From: Bacillota bacterium | GTDB taxonomy: Bacteria; Bacillota; Ch66; Ch109 | Length of the DNA stretch: 64,000 nucleotides | Assembly (NCBI GenBank): GCA_050952625.1 | Contig: JBMNLH010000002.1 | Span: 98,990 to 162,989 of the forward strand | Direction of reading: 5' to 3' | Shown here: piece by piece, positions 48,496 through 58,800 of the stretch | Layout of the letters: each line of letters opens with the position of its first letter | Numbering within the stretch: position 1 is the stretch's first letter | Program-made: the position numbers and the translations under genes | The notes under the pieces: generated by a model | What the model saw: only the letters and a program-made list of their open reading frames with translations | What the model was told of the DNA's origin: nothing | The model's database searches: none

Positions 48496-51147
48496 TTATC
48501 GACCGCAGCACTTTTTATATTTCTTGCCGCTCCCGCAGGGACAGGGGGCATTTCGCCTTATCTTACTCTCCGCTCGGACCGGTTGCCGGACCTCTTCAGC
48601 ATCTCGATTTTCCACCATCCGCCGGACCGATTCTCGGCGGGGTTCCGCTACCCGAGCCCGGAAAACCCAACGGATTGTATCCTCCTGGATACTACTGATC
48701 ATCGCTTGAAACATTTGGTAAGCCTCAAACTTGTACTCAATCAGCGGATCTCGCTGGCCATAGGCCCGCAGGCCAATTCCCTGACGCAGTTGATCCATGG
48801 CATCCAGATGATCCATCCATTTGTTATCCACTACCCGCAACAGAACCACGCGCTCGATTTCCCGCAGCTGTTCACTGCCTAATTCTTCTTCCCGCTGCTC
48901 ATAAAGATTGATGGCCTGGTTGAGGAAAAGGTCCCGCACCTCCGCTCGGCTCAATTCCTGCAGATCCGCAGGTTGAAGCTGGTGACCGGGCAGGAAGCAC
49001 TGTTCCGCAAACTCCAGAAGGCTGTGCAGATCCCACTCCTCCGGATACTGACTCTCACCGGCATAGGTACTGATCGTGGCATCAATCACTTTTTCCAGCA
49101 TATCCAGGATGGTTTCCTTCAGGTTTTCCCCAAACAGAACCTGTTTGCGCTGAGCATAAATGATTTCCCGCTGCTGGTTCATTACGTCATCATACTGCAG
49201 CACATTTTTCCGCAGGTCAAAGTTTCGGCTCTCAACCTTGCGCTGGGCATTTTCAATTGAACGGGAGATCAAGCTGTGTTCGATGGGGGTTGAGTCATCC
49301 ATGCCCAGTCGATCCATTATCCCACTGATCGCATCAGAACCAAATAACCGCATCAGGTCATCTTCCAGAGATATAAAAAACTGGGAAGCTCCAGGATCTC
49401 CCTGCCGACCCGACCGCCCCCGCAACTGATTGTCTATTCGCCGGGCTTCGTGCCGTTCGGTCCCAATAATGCACAGTCCCCCGGCCGCGACGACGGCCCG
49501 GTGTTCAGCGTCTGTATCCTTCTTGATCCGTTCCAGAATCGCCTGGTGCTCCCGCGGATCAACCGTCATGACGCCGGCTTCGGTTTTGTCTGGTTGCAGG
49601 CTTCCGGTCTTAATTCGGCGTAATAGTTCAGCCTGAGCGAGGAAGTCCGGGTTCCCGCCAAGTAAGATATCAGTCCCCCGTCCCGCCATATTGGTGGCAA
49701 TAGTTACCGCGCCTTTACGCCCGGCCTGGGCCACAATACTTGCTTCCATCTCGTGGTGTTTAGCATTTAACACCTGATGAGGAATCCCGCGTTTACCCAG
49801 CATCTGGCTGAGCCGCTCTGATTTCTCAATGGAGATGGTCCCCACCAGCACCGGCTGTCCCCGACGGTAACAATCATCAATTTGGTCAACGACAGCCCGG
49901 AACTTACCTTCCTCGGTCCGGTAAATCACATCTGGCAGGTCTTCCCGAATCATTGGCATGTTGGTCGGGATAACGACCACATCAATCCCATAAATCTTGC
50001 GGAATTCTTCCTCTTCGGTGGCCGCGGTGCCAGTCATACCGGCCAATTTTTGGTACATCCTAAAGTAGTTCTGGAAAGTAATGGTGGCCAGAGTCTGGGA
50101 TTCCCGCTCGATTTTGACCCCTTCCTTGGCCTCAATCGCCTGGTGTAGCCCCTCACTGTAGCGCCGGCCAAACATCAGCCGACCGGTAAACTCATCAACA
50201 ATAATGACCTGACCATCCTTGACGACATAGTCTCGGTCCCGTTTCATCAAGGCGTGTGCCCGCAATCCCTGGTTGACGTGGTGCACCACTTCCATGTGGT
50301 CCCCCTCAAATAGCTGATTAATGCCCAGGCTTCGCTCTACCTTGCGCATCCCCTCATCGGTCAGGGTCACGACGTGCGCCTTTTCATCCACATGGTAGTC
50401 AGTGTCCTTAATCAACCGCGGTATAATCCGGGCAATCGTGTAGTAAAGGTCAGTTGGTTTATCCGCTTCACCCGAGATAATCAAAGGGGTCCGGGCCTCA
50501 TCAATCAGGATAGAGTCCACTTCGTCCACGATAGCGTAGTTTAATTCTCGCTGCACCAACTGATCAAGGTGAATCGCCATATTGTCCCGCAGGTAATCAA
50601 AACCAAACTCATTGTTGGTTCCATATGTCACATCAGCGGCGTAGGCAGCTTGGCGCTGGCGATAATCCAAACCGTGGACAATCAAACCGACTGACAGTCC
50701 TAAAAATTGATAGAGTCGCCCCATCCATTCGCTGTCCCGTCGAGCCAAATAATCATTAACGGTAATTACGTGCACGCCTTGACCGGTCAGGGCATTGAGA
50801 TAAACCGGCAAGGTGGCTACTAAGGTCTTCCCCTCCCCGGTTTTCATCTCGGCGATTCGCCCCTGGTGCAGCACCATACCCCCCATTAGCTGTACATCAA
50901 AATGCCTCATTCCCAGGACGCGACGAGAAGCCTCCCGGGTGACTGCAAAGGCTTCCGGTAAGAGATCATCGAGGGATTCTCCTCGTTCCAGCCGAGCCTT
51001 GAACTCACCCGTTTTCGCCTGCAGATCAGCATCACTCAGTTTTTCCATGTTTGTTTCTAACCGGTTGATTTGCTCAACCGTTCGACTCAACTTTTTAACC
51101 TCCCGGGCATTATCATCCAGCAGGTTTTTAATTAATTTTATAACCAC
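48496..51147 (-). CDS. secA: preprotein translocase ATPase SecA
   Basis: [37 protein letters not shown] and [16 protein letters not shown]; start trimmed to GTG 51147. Confidence 0.99.
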   Translation of the reverse strand: MVIKLIKNLLDDNAREVKKLSRTVEQINRLETNMEKLSDADLQAKTGEFKARLERGESLDDLLPEAFAVTREASRRVLGMRHFDVQLMGGMVLHQGRIAEMKTGEGKTLVATLPVYLNALTGQGVHVITVNDYLARRDSEWMGRLYQFLGLSVGLIVHGLDYRQRQAAYAADVTYGTNNEFGFDYLRDNMAIHLDQLVQRELNYAIVDEVDSILIDEARTPLIISGEADKPTDLYYTIARIIPRLIKDTDYHVDEKAHVVTLTDEGMRKVERSLGINQLFEGDHMEVVHHVNQGLRAHALMKRDRDYVVKDGQVIIVDEFTGRLMFGRRYSEGLHQAIEAKEGVKIERESQTLATITFQNYFRMYQKLAGMTGTAATEEEEFRKIYGIDVVVIPTNMPMIREDLPDVIYRTEEGKFRAVVDQIDDCYRRGQPVLVGTISIEKSERLSQMLGKRGIPHQVLNAKHHEMEASIVAQAGRKGAVTIATNMAGRGTDILLGGNPDFLAQAELLRRIKTGSLQPDKTEAGVMTVDPREHQAILERIKKDTDAEHRAVVAAGGLCIIGTERHEARRIDNQLRGRSGRQGDPGASQFFISLEDDLMRLFGSDAISGIMDRLGMDDSTPIEHSLISRSIENAQRKVESRNFDLRKNVLQYDDVMNQQREIIYAQRKQVLFGENLKETILDMLEKVIDATISTYAGESQYPEEWDLHSLLEFAEQCFLPGHQLQPADLQELSRAEVRDLFLNQAINLYEQREEELGSEQLREIERVVLLRVVDNKWMDHLDAMDQLRQGIGLRAYGQRDPLIEYKFEAYQMFQAMISSIQEDTIRWVFRARVAEPRRESVRRMVENRDAEEVRQPVRAESKIRRNAPCPCGSGKKYKKCCGR

Positions 51148-51271
51148 CCGTAAAATCACCTTTCTTTTTACGCAAAGAAGACGAGGAACCGTTACGGTTC
51201 CCCATCCTAAACTTTTCCTCTTAAATTCTAGCACCAACCACGGGTTGTTGCAATAGAGCAATATTGCGCGG

Positions 51272-51808
51272 TTAGATAGGTTCGATTAGTCCATAGTCTC
51301 CGTCTTTTCGGCGATAAACCACGTTAACATCCTCGGTTTCGGCATTGGTAAAGACAAAGAAACTGTGACCCAGCAAATTCATCTGCATAACCGCTTCGTC
51401 TACCGGCATAGGCTTGATGGCGAACCGTTTTGTTCGGACAATCCGATAATCTTCCTCTTCCACCTGGGGTTGGCCGATCAAGTCTGCTGGTAGTTCTTTG
51501 ACAACGTTCTGCTGGTTTTTTAACCGCCGAGAGAGCAGTTTGGTCTTATACTTTTCTAGTTGCTTCTCCAGTTTATCTACCACCAGGTCAATAGAGGAGT
51601 ACATGTCGCCGGTCTCTTCCTCACCACGAAGAATCATGCCGTTAATGGGAATAGTTGCCTCGACCACGTGATTCCCCCGTTCGACGAGCAGAGTAACCTG
51701 CACCTCGTCGAACTCAATGTACTTTTCCAGCTTGCTTAACCGCTTAGCCACGTAGTCCCTTAAAGCATCCGTTACCTCGATATTTTTACCCCTGACCGTA
51801 ATTCGCAT
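51272..51808 (-). CDS. hpf: ribosome hibernation factor, long HPF (YvyD)
   Basis: [18 protein letters not shown] and [14 protein letters not shown] motifs. Confidence 0.96.
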   Translation of the reverse strand: MRITVRGKNIEVTDALRDYVAKRLSKLEKYIEFDEVQVTLLVERGNHVVEATIPINGMILRGEEETGDMYSSIDLVVDKLEKQLEKYKTKLLSRRLKNQQNVVKELPADLIGQPQVEEEDYRIVRTKRFAIKPMPVDEAVMQMNLLGHSFFVFTNAETEDVNVVYRRKDGDYGLIEPI

Positions 51809-51835
51809 AACACTACCCCCTCTCTTTAATATATT

Positions 51836-51879
51836 ATTCCCGAAATAAATGAAAAATCCTGCTACCAGGGTCTGTCGAA
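51836..51879 (-). promoter_or_regulatory. sigma-H-type promoter of hpf with a 0A box
   Basis: GCAGGA-N17-GAAT; TGTCGAA at 51873-51879. Confidence 0.65.
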
Positions 51880-51938
51880 ATAAATAACTTGAATGTTATT
51901 CAAAAATAAAGTTTTAGGGGGCAAATCTCGACCTTGCT

Positions 51939-52011
51939 TGTGGATAATGTGGATAAAACTGTTAATAAGTGATAAAACAAGGCTTGGCCTTGTGGATTAA
52001 TCGGTGGATTT
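51939..52011. promoter_or_regulatory. DnaA-box cluster upstream of hpf-secA
   Basis: Tandem perfect TGTGGATAA at 51939 and 51948; degenerate boxes at 51960, 51991 and 52003. Confidence 0.72.
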
Positions 52012-52176
52012 CTTCGTATTTTGTTGTCCAGTGTCGATTTAGCATCGGTAAAAAAGGAAAAATCATCGGTAACTCCGAAAGTCCATGGTACTGCAAAAAT
52101 TGATACTTACTGGCATATTAATAAAGCCCGACAATACGTCGAGCCTCATATAAATCATATTAATATTAAATATTTT

Positions 52177-52590
52177 TTAACCAGCCGCAATATTTATCTG
52201 TCCGGACTGGTCCCGAACTGGTTTGGTTGCCTTGCTGGCTTCTGTCCAAGTATCACGCAATTCAATCAACCAACCTTGAACCTCCTGGATAATCTCTTTA
52301 TCATTTTTAACATTAGCTTCAATCAGTCTTTGTAAAAAGAAATCATACAAGCCCAGCAAGTTATTAGATATTTCATAATCCATGTTGAGGGTGGACATAA
52401 ACTCTCGGACAATATCCTGGGCTTTGAGCAGGTTGGTGTTTCGGCCAGCCACATCATTTTCTTCTATGGCCTTAATCGCTTGTCCGAGAAACCGAATCGC
52501 CCCATCGTAGAGCATCAGCAACAACTTCTCCGGACTAGAAGTTTGCACCGCGGTTTGCCGGTACTGACTGTACGCATTAACTGCATTCAC
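52177..52590 (-). CDS. fliS: flagellin chaperone FliS
   Basis: TSSPEKLLLMLYDGAIRF, KAQDI and LRDTW motifs. Confidence 0.96.
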   Translation of the reverse strand: MNAVNAYSQYRQTAVQTSSPEKLLLMLYDGAIRFLGQAIKAIEENDVAGRNTNLLKAQDIVREFMSTLNMDYEISNNLLGLYDFFLQRLIEANVKNDKEIIQEVQGWLIELRDTWTEASKATKPVRDQSGQINIAAG

Positions 52591-52725
52591 TTTCTCAGCC
52601 CTCCCGTAGATAATAGAGTCTTATCCAGTTGTACTGTAATTCTCAATAGATGGCCTATCGCAATGTTAGTGCCATCAATATCCAGTTACGTCTTTTTTCC
52701 TCCGGTTTATATTTCTTGATTCGTT

Positions 52726-53121
52726 TTAAACCTTCTCATCCAGAAACAGGCCGACCATATCACGGATCTTCTCCACCAGCTTCACTACTTCATCTGAGGG
52801 TATTTTCTTAATCACCTTCTGATTTACAACATCCCATACTTCTAACTGAAGCATTTCCACCTCTTCACGCAGGACAAAATGCAGACTAGGCGGATGCTTG
52901 GGCAACGATTTATTCAGCAGGTCAGCAGCCGCTTGTAAAACATCCTTATCAGCATCAGCTTTACCATCTGTCTTTTCGATCTTTTCCGTCTGTTTTCCCT
53001 GAGGTAAAGTAACAGTCGCCCTGTCCCCTCTGGCAGCGTTAGGCCAAACCGGATCCCGAGCCACGGATGAACCGCTATTAATCGCCCCCCCTTGGGTTAC
53101 TGTTCCTTCTTGAATCCTCAT
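52726..53121 (-). CDS. flaG: flagellar protein FlaG
   Basis: C-terminal VIKKIPSDE...G.FLDEKV motif. Confidence 0.88.
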   Translation of the reverse strand: MRIQEGTVTQGGAINSGSSVARDPVWPNAARGDRATVTLPQGKQTEKIEKTDGKADADKDVLQAAADLLNKSLPKHPPSLHFVLREEVEMLQLEVWDVVNQKVIKKIPSDEVVKLVEKIRDMVGLFLDEKV

Positions 53122-53185
53122 CCTTCCCGCTCCTCTCTCGGAACAAATCTTAATTTCCAATTCGCCTTAAGTCTCCATAACGCAT

Positions 53186-53764
53186 TCAACGCCGATAATC
53201 AATGAAAATACTATCCTCGCCTAGATCATAGCCTGCATAGGCTTTATTAGTCCGCCTTTTTTCTCGCACATCCTGTAAATTTTTACGGATTGCCACCAAC
53301 CGTTTCTCCGCCATCTGGCGCGCTTTATCATCGTGCTGCTGGATGGTTTGGATTAGTTCCGTTCTTTGGCGGAGCAATTGGGAAATATATTCCCGCTGCC
53401 CCAGGGAAATTTCCCTCATTAAGTAACCTAGGCTATCGCTAAAGGTCCTCCGTTTAAGCGACCTGGTTTCTTTTTCACGAAAAACCTGTTCGCGAAAAAC
53501 TTGCTCCGTCCAGGCCCAGGCAACCGCCGTTAAGCGATCAACCTTATCCATCAGTTGTTGCCGTTGTGCCAGTAAATCTAACAGGCCCTCGTCATTTTCC
53601 TCGTACGCATTCTGAAGCCAAACCAATTGTTGTTGGGAAAGTTCAGCTATTTGTTGGAAGAGCCGATTCTGTTTGCGAAGGTTAGTACTCAGGGCCTGTC
53701 CAACCTCCTCCGCATGTCCCATCCCGCTTAACATCCTTTCGGTTATCCTGTTCTCCAAAACCAA
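53186..53764 (-). CDS. FliT/FlgN-like flagellar chaperone
   Basis: Helical protein with C-terminal AY...SIFID, located after fliD. Confidence 0.65.
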   Translation of the reverse strand: MVLENRITERMLSGMGHAEEVGQALSTNLRKQNRLFQQIAELSQQQLVWLQNAYEENDEGLLDLLAQRQQLMDKVDRLTAVAWAWTEQVFREQVFREKETRSLKRRTFSDSLGYLMREISLGQREYISQLLRQRTELIQTIQQHDDKARQMAEKRLVAIRKNLQDVREKRRTNKAYAGYDLGEDSIFIDYRR

Positions 53765-53768
53765 CCGC

Positions 53769-55661
53769 CTAACCGTTCATAAACTGCTGGGCTAGCCACA
53801 TGCTTTGCTGATTCATCTTAGAGATGGCTTTCTCCATTGCTGTAAACTGCCGCCAATAACGGTCTTCCAATTGGGTCAACCGGTCCTCTAGCTTGTCCAT
53901 ATCTTTATCGAGCCGGGAAATCGTTTTGCCGATTATACTATCATCGACCAGGCTGCCGGCTGTACCAGCCTTATCGGTAATCCTCGATATTTCGTGATTA
54001 ATCGTATCGTAGAGTCGGTAGGCTAGTCCCTGCTCAGCCGTTACCTCGCTAGATTTAGTAAAGAGCTCCATGACTGCATCTGGATTGGACTGCAGTGCTT
54101 CTCGCAACTGGTTTTCATCCAGGTGCAATTTACCGTTTTCCCGATAATCACCGGTGGTTATACCGATCACACTTAAACTGTTGGCTACTGTCGTAACTGA
54201 CTGGGAACTCTTCGTCACGGTAACCTCACCAGTTAGACCAGTCACAATACTTGACAGCACGTTCCGCATAGCAAAGACAGTTCCCCTGAGCAGAGAGTCG
54301 TTTTTCAGCAGCCCGCTTCGGGCTTTCTCCTGCCACTTATCAATCTGACTTTCAGTCAAATTGCCTTCTTCAATCTCTTCATCCGTCAAGGGAGAATAGT
54401 CGCTGTACCGCTGTTCACTCAATTTGTCATTTATGGTCTCAATTACTTCGTTGTATTTATCGACAAAAGCTTTAATTGTATTGAATACGCCATCGATATT
54501 ATGGGCAACAGTTACGGTAGTGGCGGTCCCGCTAGAACCCTCGGCAGTTACTCCGTGCAGAGTGAAAGTCACGCCATTAGTTGTAAAGGTATTGCTTTTG
54601 CGAGTAGTCCGCAGGCCGTTAATCTCTAGTATGGCGTCCTGTCCCCCCTGCTCTTTAGACGTGTCGATTTGCAGGGCACTGGTTAAGAACTCACCTTCTA
54701 CCGCAATTTCTGCTCCTTCCCGATTATTCCCGGTCTGAGTAGTGGTAATAGCGATTTTATCGGTCACTTCATCGTAAAACATGCTGACTCCGGCTGCCTT
54801 GTTGGCATTCACCGCAGCGATGACCGAGTTTAAAGAATCAGTATCGGCATCGAATTCGAAGGTTTGTCCGTTAATTTTGAAAGAGAAGACATGGTCCTCA
54901 TCCCAGTTAAAACTGTGGGCAAATTTGTCCGCCTGAGAAGCCAAAGTCGCGGTTGGATCCAGAGGGGCCGCAGTTTGACCATCCTTAAACCCCAATACTT
55001 CCAGCGCGTCTTTCGTACCACTGTTTACTTTGATCTCAGGAATTTGGCCACCATCCTCGGTAACCGCAGTTAGTTTAAGTTTGTTACCTTGGGTTAAGGA
55101 AACTTCGACCTTTCCTGCCCCGAGCGAATCATTAATCTTCGCCTGAATATCCGTGACCAGATCAGTCAGGGGATTTTCAGCAGTGCCGCCGTAGTTTTTC
55201 ACCTCTAAGGTAATATTTACCGTAGTTTCACCATAAGTCAGCTTAAACTGATTATTGTCTTCGGTAATGTTGACCTCGGTCAGGGCCTCACTGCCTATAA
55301 TCACCTTCCCTTTACATAAAGGAGCAGCACTGCTGTTAGTCGCCACCGTGGCCAGCTGTTCCACCTTAATCTGATAGGCAGTGGCTGATGCCGATGCACC
55401 AGCCGTGGCTGTGACCACGGATTCGTTGCTGGAAGTCGTGGTTTTTGTTAAAAAAGTCCCTTGCAGCTTCAAGTTAAACGCTTCATTGCGCAAATTGAGC
55501 AAACTGGTATTAATCGCTCGGTATTCCTCTTGCCGCCACTGCCAAATCTGCTTATTCTGCTGTTTCTTGATCAACGGCTGCCGGTGGGCTTTCATCAGAT
55601 CAGACACCCATTGATCTATATCAATCCCGGAGGCCAGTCCACCAATGCGGTTGATTGACAT
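53769..55661 (-). CDS. fliD: flagellar filament cap FliD
   Basis: RIGGLASGID, AFVDKYN, W..KA.SGLL..D and RY..QFTAME motifs. Confidence 0.96.
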   Translation of the reverse strand: MSINRIGGLASGIDIDQWVSDLMKAHRQPLIKKQQNKQIWQWRQEEYRAINTSLLNLRNEAFNLKLQGTFLTKTTTSSNESVVTATAGASASATAYQIKVEQLATVATNSSAAPLCKGKVIIGSEALTEVNITEDNNQFKLTYGETTVNITLEVKNYGGTAENPLTDLVTDIQAKINDSLGAGKVEVSLTQGNKLKLTAVTEDGGQIPEIKVNSGTKDALEVLGFKDGQTAAPLDPTATLASQADKFAHSFNWDEDHVFSFKINGQTFEFDADTDSLNSVIAAVNANKAAGVSMFYDEVTDKIAITTTQTGNNREGAEIAVEGEFLTSALQIDTSKEQGGQDAILEINGLRTTRKSNTFTTNGVTFTLHGVTAEGSSGTATTVTVAHNIDGVFNTIKAFVDKYNEVIETINDKLSEQRYSDYSPLTDEEIEEGNLTESQIDKWQEKARSGLLKNDSLLRGTVFAMRNVLSSIVTGLTGEVTVTKSSQSVTTVANSLSVIGITTGDYRENGKLHLDENQLREALQSNPDAVMELFTKSSEVTAEQGLAYRLYDTINHEISRITDKAGTAGSLVDDSIIGKTISRLDKDMDKLEDRLTQLEDRYWRQFTAMEKAISKMNQQSMWLAQQFMNG

Positions 55662-55729
55662 GATACCTTTTCCCCCCTTAAACAAGACCATATAGGAACA
55701 TTGAAATAATTAATCTTAATCCTGGATAG

Positions 55730-55756
55730 TTATCGACAGAAACTTCCTGTGGTTAA
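55730..55756 (-). promoter_or_regulatory. sigma-D promoter of the fliD operon
   Basis: TTAA-N15-GTCGATAA. Confidence 0.65.
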
Positions 55757-55868
55757 TATCGTAAAGTACAGACTGATTCTTTAGGGATAATTGGGGAGAA
55801 TGCGGGATAGATTTTCCATTATGGAGATCAGATGAACCATGAGAAAGAATTAAGTAATGGTTATCCCA

Positions 55869-58800
55869 ATTTCAATACATCCAATGTTCTGGTTCCGCTG
55901 GGTCACTTTTTCTTCTTTCCCGCGAATCTCAACCATTTCAATACATCCAATGTTCCGATTCCGCAAAATTTCCGCTACATCAAACTGCAAGGAAAACCGA
56001 ATTTCAATACATCCAATGTTCCGGTTCCGCTTCAAAATTTTCGGGGAGGCCAAGTTTGTTTCACAATTTCAATACATCCAATGTTCCGGTTCCGCGTGCG
56101 TGCCAGATTGCATTTACCGTGGCTGGTGCTAATTTCAATACATCCAATGTTCCGGTTCCGCGCAATCTCGTGGGCCAGTCGGCCTTCCTCGGCATATATT
56201 TCAATACATCCAATGTTCCGGTTCCGCGCTGGGATGTATCAATGCGCGGCTCTCTTATGTTCCATTTCAATACATCCAATGTTCCGGTTCCGCAGCTCCA
56301 TCCCAGCCCACGGCACATCCGAGTGCCTCATTTCAATACATCCAATGTTCCGGTTCCGCTATGGCCGAACATTTTAGCCTATATGTAAAGTGCATATTTC
56401 AATACATCCAATGTTCCGGTTCCGCGATTACTTGAGGTGTTTTAATACTGGTACCGCCTATCATTTCAATACATCCAATGTTCCGGTTCCGCGAAAATGA
56501 CAACTACTATATATAATCTCGACGCCTATTTCAATACATCCAATGTTCCGGTTCCGCTGCCAGGGGGACGGGTCAATGTCCAGAAGAAGTCAAATTTCAA
56601 TACATCCAATGTTCCGGTTCCGCTCTTTCGCCTAACAACTATTATAGGAAGGAATTTAAATTTCAATACATCCAATGTTCCGGTTCCGCGGATGCCACGT
56701 TGTTTTATATGGTTTTCGCTCTAATATTTCAATACATCCAATGTTCCGGTTCCGCCCAATATTTCTTCGTACAGGTCAGCCAGGGCACTCAATTTCAATA
56801 CATCCAATGTTCCGGTTCCGCCAATATGGTGCGGCTGAGGACTTATTTTCTCCCCAAATTTCAATACATCCAATGTTCCGGTTCCGCTGCCTGCGAAGTT
56901 GAGGGAGGCGGTGGAGGAATTACTATTTCAATACATCCAATGTTCCGGTTCCGCCTTTCAAGAATGGAGTAACTGTCCTGGACGAAACCAATTTCAATAC
57001 ATCCAATGTTCCGGTTCCGCTTTACATGGAAAACCGGGGGTAAATTAGTTTTATACGATTTCAATACATCCAATGTTCCGGTTCCGCTAAAATGACAACT
57101 ACTATATATAATCTCGACGCCTATTTCAATACATCCAATGTTCCGGTTCCGCTGCCAGGGGGACGGGTCAATGTCCAGAAGAAGTCAAATTTCAATACAT
57201 CCAATGTTCCGGTTCCGCTCTTTCGCCTAACAACTATTATAGGAAGGAATTTAAATTTCAATACATCCAATGTTCCGGTTCCGCAAAACCAAATAAACTC
57301 TATGACGTAATTGCCCGCGATTTCAATACATCCAATGTTCCGGTTCCGCAATTGAAATTTGAGTAGATATCCGCTTTAATCCCTATTTCAATACATCCAA
57401 TGTTCCGGTTCCGCCATAGCTCCTAATCCGGTTATTAATGTCCCGATTGTATTTCAATACATCCAATGTTCCGGTTCCGCCTGTCATCAGGCACCTTAAA
57501 ACCAATTCTATTCATTATTTCAATACATCCAATGTTCCGGTTCCGCCCGTATTTTCCACCAGGATAGACCAGGAGACCAAAGCATTTCAATACATCCAAT
57601 GTTCCGGTTCCGCCTATGCAACCTGCTCAATCCCTAGTTCAAGCAATATATTTCAATACATCCAATGTTCCGGTTCCGCCTATGTCCCCCAAGACGGAAA
57701 AGAATGTGTAAACAAATTTCAATACATCCAATGTTCCGGTTCCGCTGGATGATGAAGTTCCAGAAGAAGAAATGTATTTAGTATTTCAATACATCCAATG
57801 TTCCGGTTCCGCAAAAGGAGGTGCCCCCCCCTTGAAGATTATTGGGATATTTCAATACATCCAATGTTCCGGTTCCGCCCTTTGGAACCCCTCATACTTT
57901 GTTTGCAATATCAGATTTCAATACATCCAATGTTCCGGTTCCGCTTGGGCGTGCTGGGAGCAGTAGCGGCAGAGAGGTGGTATTTCAATACATCCAATGT
58001 TCCGGTTCCGCATTTGTGACTTGGCAGCTATAGGCGAAGAGCTATTATTTCAATACATCCAATGTTCCGGTTCCGCTGAAGCGTTATGGGGAATCGTTCC
58101 AGTATTGATTCAATTTCAATACATCCAATGTTCCGGTTCCGCTATTTTTTGCGGAAGCGAAAAGGAGGTAACTAACTATTTCAATACATCCAATGTTCCG
58201 GTTCCGCATGATATACGCATTCAAAAGGCACTGAGAGGCCCTGATTTCAATACATCCAATGTTCCGGTTCCGCTGCATCGTAGCACATTCTCCAGTCGTG
58301 CATACGGTCTATTTCAATACATCCAATGTTCCGGTTCCGCAACTTTACGAAGGCGGGAGATGATTCTTTCTATATTATTTCAATACATCCAATGTTCCGG
58401 TTCCGCCCAGAAAGAATACACCGCACGCATACAAGAGATCATATTTCAATACATCCAATGTTCCGGTTCCGCCCGCAAAGTCATAGCGGCCAAGCGGGCC
58501 AAAATCAAATTTCAATACATCCAATGTTCCGGTTCCGCCGTATCAAGGAAAGAGAACAGCAGATTGCCCGCATATTTCAATACATCCAATGTTCCGGTTC
58601 CGCTCTAACCTTTACTAAATTTAACAATCAGTTAATCCTATTTCAATACATCCAATGTTCCGGTTCCGCTTTTTGGTAATATAAAATTATAGGGAAATGG
58701 CAGGTATTTCAATACATCCAATGTTCCGGTTCCGCCAAAGCCAAAGGGAAAGGCTCTTGGCCCGATTCGTATTTCAATACATCCAATGTTCCGGTTCCGC

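Noticed and set aside
51810-52170. raiA-motif RNA upstream of hpf
   Set aside because: The region is AT-rich and I could not see the characteristic conserved segments.
53474-53506. Short in-frame duplication (EQVFR-EQVFR) in the fliT-like gene
   Set aside because: Ordinary slippage with no evident functional implication.
55802-55868. Possible extra degenerate terminal repeat plus spacer
   Set aside because: Similarity to the repeat is too weak to call.
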